Shown: positions 57,210 to 64,000 of the stretch, one piece after another | Position numbering within the stretch: the stretch's first letter is position 1 | Layout: every line of letters starts with the position of its first letter | Origin: Candidatus Woesebacteria bacterium | GTDB taxonomy: Bacteria; Patescibacteriota; Microgenomatia; UBA8517 | Assembly (NCBI GenBank): GCA_013374855.1 | Contig: CP055308.1 | Location: 337,833 to 401,832 of the forward strand | DNA: 64,000 bases | Direction of reading: 5' to 3' | Position numbers and translations under genes: made by a program | Notes under the pieces: generated by a model | What the model saw: the letters and a program-made list of their open reading frames with translations, nothing else | Told to the model about the DNA's origin: nothing | Databases searched by the model: none

Positions 57210-59384
57210 ATGTCCCAAGTTCAAGCGACTAAGAAAAAGGCAGCTTTGGTTTTTACGGCCACAAAGGACCGCAATCTTCCTATGGAAAAAATTAGAAACA
57301 TAGGAATTATTGCCCATATTGATGCTGGAAAAACTACAACCACAGAAAGAATTCTTTTTGAGACAGGGAGAACATATCGTTTGGGTTCTGTAGATGAAGG
57401 GACAACCGCTACTGACTGGATGGAACAGGAAAGAGAGAGGGGAATTACAATTGTATCGGCTGCTATTACCACTTTTTGGACTCTCAAAAAACAGACTTCA
57501 GTGGGTGAAGGTCAGTATAGGATTAATATTATTGATACTCCAGGCCATATTGATTTTACCGCGGAAGTTGAGAGATCGCTTCGAGTTTTAGATGGCGCTG
57601 TGATGGTTTTTGATGGTAGAACTGGGGTTGAAAGCCAGTCTGAAACTGTTTGGCATCAGGCTGATAAGTACAATGTACCAAGAATATGTGTTTTGAATAA
57701 ACTTAATTTAATAGGTGCTGATTTTGAAGGCAGCATCAAATCTATTCAGGAGAGACTAGGTGCGAATGCCGCTCCTGTTGTGTATCCGATTGGGATAGAA
57801 CATAGCCTAAGGGGGGTTGTTGATTTGGTGAAAATGAAAGCTTATACCTATTCTTCAATAGAAGATAACAAACTAATCGAAGAGGAGGTTTCTTCTGATT
57901 TGTTGGAAATTTGTCAAAGATACAGAAGCGAACTTTTGGAAAAGGTTGCAGAGTTTGATGATGATGTTTTGGCAAAATATTTAAATGGCGAGGAACTTAA
58001 AGAGGAAGAAATTAAGCGGGCAATTAGAAAAGGAGTAGTAAGCGGTAAGTTTTTCCCCATATTTGGAGGTGATAACCGAACTGCTACTGTTCAACTTCTT
58101 CTTGATGGTGTTGTTGAGTATTTACCATCTCCTGTAGATCTTCCGCCTGTAAAGGGAATTAATCCTAAGACAGGTCAGGAAGAATCAAGGGAATCAAAAT
58201 ATGAAGCTCCATTTTCAGCTTTGGCTTTTAAAGTAATGACCGACCCTCATGTTGGTCGATTGGTTTATCTTAGAGTTTATTCTGGAATTATTAAAACAGG
58301 ACAGCAGGTTCTAAACACAACGAAATCTGTTAATGAGAGAATTGGAAAGCTAGTTCTTCTACATGCTGACCAGAGGGAATTAATAGAAGAAGCTTATGCG
58401 GGAGAAATAGTGGCTGCGGTAGGCCTTAAGGATACAACAACGGGTCATACTTTATGCGATCCTGCAAATCCAATAGTTTTGGAATCTATAAAATTTCCTG
58501 ATCCTGTTATTTCTTTGGCTATAGAACCAGCTACCAAATCTGATCAGGAGAAAATGGGAATTGCTCTTAGCAAGCTTCTAGATGAGGACCCTACTTTTCG
58601 AGTTAAATCCAATCAAGAAACAGGACAAACAATAGTTTCTGGAATGGGTGAACTTCAGCTTGAAATTCTAGTTGACAGAATGAAGAGGGAATTTGGGGTA
58701 GAGGCAAAGATGGGCGCGCCACAGGTTGCTTATAGGGAAACTATTAAAAGGACAGGTAAAGGGGAAGGAAAATATATTAGGCAGACTGGAGGTAGAGGAC
58801 AATATGGACATTGTTTTGTTAGAATCGAGCCTTTGGGTAGAGGCGAGGGGATTAAGTTTGTTTCAGAAATAAAAGGTGGAGCGATTCCAGCAGAATTTAT
58901 CCCAGCGGTCGAAAAAGGTGTAAAAGAGAAGTTAGAGAACGGAATTCTTGCAGGGTATCCGATAACTGATATTGCAGTTTATCTTTATGACGGAACATAT
59001 CACGAGGTTGATTCTTCGGAAATTGCTTTCAAGATAGCAGGTTCTATGGCAGTGGAACAGGCGGCACGTCAGGCCGATCTTGTTCTTCTTGAGCCGATAG
59101 TAAAAGTTGAAGTGGCAACTCCCAAAGAGTTTATGGGTGATATTATAGGTGATTTATCTTCCAAGAGAGCACAAATTCAAGGTACAGAGGAAAAGGGTGG
59201 AATGACCTACATTTATGCTTTTGCTCCGCTGGCAGAACTCTCTGGTTATGTGACAAAGATCAGGTCTATTTCTCAAGGAAGAGCTGTTCCCTATATTGAA
59301 CCAAGTCATTATGAGGAAGTTCCTAAGAATATTGCAGATCAGATAATAGAAAAGGCTGGGAAAGTGGTAATGCCAAGAAGCTAA
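57210..59384 (+). CDS. fusA: Elongation factor G
   Basis: AHIDAGKTTTTERIL, RGITI, DTPGH, GMGELQL, QTGGRGQYGH; in the str operon. Confidence 0.98.
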   Translation: MSQVQATKKKAALVFTATKDRNLPMEKIRNIGIIAHIDAGKTTTTERILFETGRTYRLGSVDEGTTATDWMEQERERGITIVSAAITTFWTLKKQTSVGEGQYRINIIDTPGHIDFTAEVERSLRVLDGAVMVFDGRTGVESQSETVWHQADKYNVPRICVLNKLNLIGADFEGSIKSIQERLGANAAPVVYPIGIEHSLRGVVDLVKMKAYTYSSIEDNKLIEEEVSSDLLEICQRYRSELLEKVAEFDDDVLAKYLNGEELKEEEIKRAIRKGVVSGKFFPIFGGDNRTATVQLLLDGVVEYLPSPVDLPPVKGINPKTGQEESRESKYEAPFSALAFKVMTDPHVGRLVYLRVYSGIIKTGQQVLNTTKSVNERIGKLVLLHADQRELIEEAYAGEIVAAVGLKDTTTGHTLCDPANPIVLESIKFPDPVISLAIEPATKSDQEKMGIALSKLLDEDPTFRVKSNQETGQTIVSGMGELQLEILVDRMKREFGVEAKMGAPQVAYRETIKRTGKGEGKYIRQTGGRGQYGHCFVRIEPLGRGEGIKFVSEIKGGAIPAEFIPAVEKGVKEKLENGILAGYPITDIAVYLYDGTYHEVDSSEIAFKIAGSMAVEQAARQADLVLLEPIVKVEVATPKEFMGDIIGDLSSKRAQIQGTEEKGGMTYIYAFAPLAELSGYVTKIRSISQGRAVPYIEPSHYEEVPKNIADQIIEKAGKVVMPRS

Positions 59385-59393
59385 CTTTGCCTC

Positions 59394-59423
59394 TTGACAA
59401 ACTATTTTGTCCTTGATTATAAT
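59394..59423 (+). promoter_or_regulatory. Internal promoter for tuf
   Basis: TTGACA-18 bp-TATAAT. Confidence 0.7.
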
Positions 59424-59471
59424 CACGCCTAGTATTGAATGGGCCCTTGTGGTCTAAATTTTTTAAAAAAT

Positions 59472-60671
59472 ATGGCAGGAGAAGCAAGACAAAAATTTGA
59501 AAGAACAAAACCCCATGTTAATATTGGTACTATTGGTCATGTAGATCATGGGAAGACTACGTTGACTGCAGCTATTACCACTGTTCTATCAAAACAGCCT
59601 GGTAACAACACAAAGGCTTATAAGTTTGATGAAATAGATAGTGCTCCAGAAGAAAAAGCAAGAGGTGTTACAATAAATATTTCCCATCTTGAGTACGAGA
59701 CAGAAAAGCGGCACTATGCTCACATAGATGCGCCGGGTCATGCTGATTATATCAAGAATATGATTACTGGCGCTGCACAAATGGATGGTGCGATTCTTGT
59801 AATATCAGCAGCTGATGGTCCGATGCCCCAAACCAGAGAGCATGTAATCTTGGCTCGTCAAGTTAATGTTCCAGCTATTGTTGTGTTCTTAAACAAGGTA
59901 GATACAGTAGATGATCCTGAAATTGTCGATCTTGTTGAAGCTGACGTGAGAGAGCTTCTTAAAAAGTATGAATATCCTGGTGACGAAGTGCCTGTAATTA
60001 GAGGATCAGCTCTAAAAGCTCTTGAGGGTGATCCAGAAGCGGAAAAACAAATATTAGAGTTAATGAAAGCTGTCGATGAGTATATTCCTCAGCCTCAAAG
60101 AGATGTTGATAAACCTTTCTTGATGCCTATTGAGGATGTTTTCTCGATTAAAGGGAGAGGTACTGTTGTCACAGGAAGAGTTGAAAGAGGTAAATTAACT
60201 GTAAATGAAGAAGTTGAAATTGTTGGTCTTCGCTCTACTCAAAAAACTGTGGTTACTGGTATTGAGATGTTTAGAAAAACTCTAGATTATGCTGAAGCTG
60301 GTGATAACGTTGGGGTACTTTTGAGAGGAATAGAAAAGGATCAAGTAGAAAGAGGTCAAGTTGTGGCAAAGCCGGGAACAATTACACCACACACTGAATT
60401 TGAAGCGGAAGTTTATATCTTGAGTAAAGAAGAAGGCGGAAGGCATACACCATTCTTTTCCGGATACAAGCCGCAATTTTTCATAAAGACAGCAGACATT
60501 ACAGGAGAAATAACTTTGCCTGAAGGTATAGAAATGGTAATGCCTGGGGATAACGCTAAAATGAGGGTTAAACTTATTCAGCCTGTGGCGATGGAAGAAG
60601 GATTTAGGTTTGCAATTCGCGAAGGTGGAAGTACGGTTGGTGCGGGTGTTATAACCAAAGTTATTGCTTAA
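59472..60671 (+). CDS. tuf: Elongation factor Tu
   Basis: [37 protein letters not shown]; likely start ATG 59472. Confidence 0.99.
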   Translation: MAGEARQKFERTKPHVNIGTIGHVDHGKTTLTAAITTVLSKQPGNNTKAYKFDEIDSAPEEKARGVTINISHLEYETEKRHYAHIDAPGHADYIKNMITGAAQMDGAILVISAADGPMPQTREHVILARQVNVPAIVVFLNKVDTVDDPEIVDLVEADVRELLKKYEYPGDEVPVIRGSALKALEGDPEAEKQILELMKAVDEYIPQPQRDVDKPFLMPIEDVFSIKGRGTVVTGRVERGKLTVNEEVEIVGLRSTQKTVVTGIEMFRKTLDYAEAGDNVGVLLRGIEKDQVERGQVVAKPGTITPHTEFEAEVYILSKEEGGRHTPFFSGYKPQFFIKTADITGEITLPEGIEMVMPGDNAKMRVKLIQPVAMEEGFRFAIREGGSTVGAGVITKVIA

Positions 60672-60695
60672 TTTGCTCTTTGAGGCACTCTAACT

Positions 60696-61004
60696 ATGGT
60701 AGTAGGAAGCTTAAGAGTTAAGCTTAAAAGCTATGATCATCGGGTTTTGGATGAGGCTTCAGCCAAAATATTGGATGCGGCAATAGTTAGTGGTGCCAAA
60801 ATAAGGGGTCCAATTCCTCTCCCTACAAAAAGAAGTGTTATTTCTGTTGTCAAGTCTCCCTTCACCGATAAGAATGCGCAAGAACATTTTGAAGTACTTG
60901 TTCACAAAAGATTAATTGAAATAGAAAATCCTTCAGATAGAACCATAGACGCTCTTTCTAATCTTGAACTTCCTGCAGGTGTTTCTGTTGAAGTTAAAAT
61001 GTAG
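60696..61004 (+). CDS. rpsJ: 30S ribosomal protein S10
   Basis: LKSYDHRVLD, GPIPLPT, HKRLIEI, LPAGV. Confidence 0.98.
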   Translation: MVVGSLRVKLKSYDHRVLDEASAKILDAAIVSGAKIRGPIPLPTKRSVISVVKSPFTDKNAQEHFEVLVHKRLIEIENPSDRTIDALSNLELPAGVSVEVKM

Positions 61005-61026
61005 TTTTTTATCGTTTACTTTCTTC

Positions 61027-61055
61027 TTGCCTCTTTTGTTACTCTTTGTTATAAT
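61027..61055 (+). promoter_or_regulatory. Promoter between rpsJ and rplC
   Basis: TTGCCT-17 bp-TATAAT with TG extension. Confidence 0.65.
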
Positions 61056-61110
61056 TTATTTATCGTGGATAAAGTTCGTCATTAGCCACGGGTTTTTTAG
61101 GAGGCCAGAT

Positions 61111-61133
61111 GGGGCGCCTTCGGCGCCTTTTTT
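61111..61133 (+). terminator. Terminator/attenuator-like hairpin in the rplC leader
   Basis: ggggcgcc-ttc-ggcgcc followed by tttttt. Confidence 0.7.
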
Positions 61134-61144
61134 GTGTCAAAAAT

Positions 61145-61879
61145 ATGATAAAGACATTGTTTGGAAACAAAGTAAAAATGGATCAAACTTTTATTGATGG
61201 AGTGCGTATTCCCATTACTTGGATATTGCTCTCTAAAGGAGTAGTAACTCAGGTCAAAGATGCTGAAACAGATGGTTACTTTGCTGTTCAATTAGGGTTT
61301 GGGGAGGCTGATGAGAAAAAAATATCTAAATCTATAAGAGGGCACTTGAAAAAAAGTGCTAAGGTTAGTAGTTTGCCTCGTGTTTTAAGAGAAGTAAGGC
61401 TTAAAAAGAGTGCAGAAGTTAAAATTGGTGATGAGATTGACCCTTTTGAGGTTTTCAAGGTTGGTGATGAAGTGGAAGTCTCTGGTGTTTCCAAGGGAAA
61501 GGGATTTGCTGGAGTAGTTAAAAGATGGAAGTTTGCTGGAGGTCCTAAAACCCATGGTCAATCCGACCGCCAAAGGGCACCTGGTTCTATTGGTCAAGGT
61601 ACTACACCGGGGAGGGTCTATAAAGGCAAAAGAATGGCAGGGAGGATGGGGCAAGAAACAGTGACTGTTAAGGGTTTGAAGGTAGTTTTAGTGAAGCCTG
61701 AAGAAAATTTGATTGCGCTATCTGGTCCCGTGCCCGGCAGGCCTGGTAGTTTATTGAAAATTACTAGAGCCAGGTCAGGTAGTCTTAAAGAATTAACTAG
61801 GGAAGTTGAACAGGTGCAAATGCAGCAAGAAGATACGGAAGAGAAAAAGGAGGAACAAAATGAAAATAAAGAAGAATAA
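61145..61879 (+). CDS. rplC: 50S ribosomal protein L3
   Basis: DGYFAVQLG, SKGKGFAGVVKRW, RAPGSIG, GKRMAGRMG; likely start ATG 61145. Confidence 0.98.
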   Translation: MIKTLFGNKVKMDQTFIDGVRIPITWILLSKGVVTQVKDAETDGYFAVQLGFGEADEKKISKSIRGHLKKSAKVSSLPRVLREVRLKKSAEVKIGDEIDPFEVFKVGDEVEVSGVSKGKGFAGVVKRWKFAGGPKTHGQSDRQRAPGSIGQGTTPGRVYKGKRMAGRMGQETVTVKGLKVVLVKPEENLIALSGPVPGRPGSLLKITRARSGSLKELTREVEQVQMQQEDTEEKKEEQNENKEE

Positions 61880-62525
61880 AAATAATATTCAAATTAATAT
61901 TTTCTCTAAGGATGGGGTTAAGAGTGGAAAAATTGTCTTGCCAGAGGATTTTGTTGTTAGTTATTCCCCTATTCTTTTAGGCCAATACCTTCGTGTTTTT
62001 GAGAACAATACCCACTCTAAGGTTCCTGTGAGGAAAACTCGATCGGCAGTTTCCATATCAAAAAGGAAAATTTACAGACAAAAAGGGACAGGCAGAGCCC
62101 GACATGGAGCAAGATCAGCCCCCATTTTTGTAGGCGGTGGTTTGGCGCATGGCCCCAAAGGTTTAAAGAGATTTTTGGCAATTCCATCTTCTTTCAAAAA
62201 GAAGGCGCTTCTTCTTGCGTTGAACTTAAAGGTAAAGGAAAATAAGTTGGTTTCTGTTTCTTCATTTTTTGAATTCAAGAAGATAAAAGAGGTCTTGGAA
62301 TTTATCAAAAAGGTTTCTGAGATTTTAAAGACAAGCACAAATAGAGTATTGTTTGTGACAACTGAAGATTCTTACAAAGAAACTTCTAGGAAATTTTCCA
62401 ATATAGCAGGCCTTGTTGTCAGGAATTATGCTAATATAAACGCTTACGATGTTTTTGTAAGCAATTTAGTTGTTCTAGAGTCGGGTTTATTTGAAAAAAA
62501 TAATAAAGAAAATGCTAAAAATTAA
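61860..62525 (+). CDS. rplD: 50S ribosomal protein L4
   Basis: RQKGTGRARHG, APIFVGGGLAHGP. Confidence 0.95.
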   Translation: MKIKKNKNNIQINIFSKDGVKSGKIVLPEDFVVSYSPILLGQYLRVFENNTHSKVPVRKTRSAVSISKRKIYRQKGTGRARHGARSAPIFVGGGLAHGPKGLKRFLAIPSSFKKKALLLALNLKVKENKLVSVSSFFEFKKIKEVLEFIKKVSEILKTSTNRVLFVTTEDSYKETSRKFSNIAGLVVRNYANINAYDVFVSNLVVLESGLFEKNNKENAKN

Positions 62526-62793
62526 GCCAGTTATTACAGAAAAAAGTGTTGCAGAGGCAAAAAGAGGTAGTTATACCTTTTTTGTTCCAAGGTCTTTTAG
62601 TAAGTTTGATATTAAATCAGCTGTTTCATCCATTTTTGGGGTTAAGGTTAAGGAAGTTAAAACCTTGTCAGTTTCAAAATTGGTAAGGAGGGGTATTGGC
62701 AGGCTTCCAAAGAAAAGAATCTTTCTTAAAAAGGCAATAGTTAAGTTATATCCTAAAGAAAAAATAGATTTGTTTGAGATTAAGGAAAAGTAG
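62512..62793 (+). CDS. rplW: 50S ribosomal protein L23
   Basis: PVITEKS, YTFFV, IFGVKV, KKAIVKL. Confidence 0.95.
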   Translation: MLKIKPVITEKSVAEAKRGSYTFFVPRSFSKFDIKSAVSSIFGVKVKEVKTLSVSKLVRRGIGRLPKKRIFLKKAIVKLYPKEKIDLFEIKEK

Positions 62794-62795
62794 AT

Positions 62796-63545
62796 ATGAA
62801 ACTAAAAGAAATTTTAAAGAAGAGTTCTGGTAGAAATTCTCAAGGGAAGGTGACTGTTAGGCACCAAGGTGGTGGTGTGAAAAGGTTTTTGAGAAGGGTA
62901 GATTTTAGGAGGGACAAAATAGATATACCAGCCACGGTTGAGTCTATAGAATATGATCCTAACAGGAATGCAAATATAGCCCTTGTTTGTTATAAAGATG
63001 GGGAAAGAAGATATATTCTTGCTCCTTTAGGCCTTAAAGTTGGTGATACTGTTATTTCTTCTGATTATGCTTCACTTGAGCCGGGAAACGCACTTCCTTT
63101 AAGTAAAATTCCTGTTGGTACTCAAATTCATAATATTGAGATCAAACCCGGTAAAGGGGGACAAATTGTGCGAGGTGCTGGGCTTTCCGCTTCTGTTTTT
63201 GGTAAAGAAAAAGATTTTGTTTTGGTGAAATTACCGTCGGGTGAGGTGAGGAGGTTTAATGGAGATTGTAGGGCTACCATAGGTCAAGTTGGTAATGAAG
63301 GTTACCGCAATATTGTTTGGGGTAAAGCGGGTCGAATCATAAGACGTGGCATAAGACCTACAGTTCGAGGAACAGCACAGCATCCCGCTTCTCATCCTCA
63401 TGGGGGAGGAGAGGGAAGAAGTGGAGTGGGAATGAAGCACCCTAAGACTCCTTATGGCAAACCTGCTGTGGGTAGAACCAGAAAGAAAAGAAAATATTCT
63501 GATAAGTTGATAGTTAAGCCAAAGAAGGCGGGCAATCATTCTTAA
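62796..63545 (+). CDS. rplB: 50S ribosomal protein L2 (short N-terminus)
   Basis: [37 protein letters not shown]. Confidence 0.98.
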   Translation: MKLKEILKKSSGRNSQGKVTVRHQGGGVKRFLRRVDFRRDKIDIPATVESIEYDPNRNANIALVCYKDGERRYILAPLGLKVGDTVISSDYASLEPGNALPLSKIPVGTQIHNIEIKPGKGGQIVRGAGLSASVFGKEKDFVLVKLPSGEVRRFNGDCRATIGQVGNEGYRNIVWGKAGRIIRRGIRPTVRGTAQHPASHPHGGGEGRSGVGMKHPKTPYGKPAVGRTRKKRKYSDKLIVKPKKAGNHS

Positions 63546-63553
63546 TTCAGTTT

Positions 63554-63835
63554 ATGTCAAGAAGTACTAAAAAGGGTCCATATGTAGATAAAAATCTTTT
63601 GAAGAAGATTGCGGCTGGCTTGGGAGACAAAAACAACCCTATCAAGACATGGGCTCGTTCGAGCCAAATACCCCCAGAGTTTGTTGGGAAGTATTTTAAA
63701 GTGCACAATGGTCGAGTTTTTATCGATGTTTTTGTGACTGAGGATATGGTCGGTCATCGGTTGGGGGAATTTGCACCAACAAGAACTTTTCGTGGTCATG
63801 GTCAGATGGTTAAGAGGATTATAGAAAAAACCTAG
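63554..63835 (+). CDS. rpsS: 30S ribosomal protein S19
   Basis: [27 protein letters not shown]. Confidence 0.98.
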   Translation: MSRSTKKGPYVDKNLLKKIAAGLGDKNNPIKTWARSSQIPPEFVGKYFKVHNGRVFIDVFVTEDMVGHRLGEFAPTRTFRGHGQMVKRIIEKT

Positions 63836-63843
63836 AAAGTAAT

Positions 63844-64000
63844 ATGGAATTTAAAGCAGAACAAAAATATGCAAAGATTTCACCTACTAAGGTTAGACCT
63901 TTGGTGTTGAGAATTAAACCTATGGAAATAGGAGAAGCATTAGAAATTTTACCACTGGTTCCAAATAGAGGAGCATCTTTTTTAATAAAGGTTATCAAGT
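63844..64000 (+). CDS. rplV: 50S ribosomal protein L22 (partial)
   Basis: Hand translation MEFKAEQKYAKISPTKVRPLV...; follows rpsS. Confidence 0.9.
   Translation, partial: MEFKAEQKYAKISPTKVRPLVLRIKPMEIGEALEILPLVPNRGASFLIKVIK

Noticed and set aside
59439-61144. Longer ORF-track starts for tuf and rplC (likewise hrcA, rpoB, rplD, rplW, pilN)
   Set aside because: The extensions run through promoters, leaders or upstream genes; downstream ATGs match the expected protein N-termini.

Overview
Chromosomal window from a small-genome Patescibacteria/CPR bacterium. It is most likely Microgenomates, inferred from the compact IF2, AlaRS, ClpB and L2, the weak Shine-Dalgarno usage and the gene order; genetic code 11. 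The + strand is G/T-rich and carries the housekeeping blocks: murJ, hrcA-grpE-dnaK, clpB-dnaJ, nusA-infB, rpsO-pnp, udg-rnj-ftsK, alaS, mltG, rpoBC, the str operon and the start of the S10 cluster. Interleaved with them is what looks like one distributed, modular surface-display system. Its parts are: a pilN-pilO-headed minus-strand operon of exported proteins; cohesin-like proteins; dockerin-bearing cargo, two of which share an apparently identical 660-bp CBM-like+dockerin cassette 21.5 kb apart; a shared N-terminal TM-QxIREKA motif; a C-terminal [LQ]P[DE][AS]Gx[SK]TPT-TM sorting signal with no charged tail; a sortase; and a double GT-C/protein O-mannosyltransferase next to the Pro/Thr-rich substrates. 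Other oddities are a Lon AAA+ module with no protease domain, a Cys-free family-4 UDG with a clamp-binding-like tail, an EF-G with altered G4/G5 motifs, and an FtsA/PilM-like-TM-baseplate-J-like protein. No tRNA, rRNA, CRISPR array, transposase or reverse transcriptase was seen. All domain calls are by-eye motif recognition, not HMM results.
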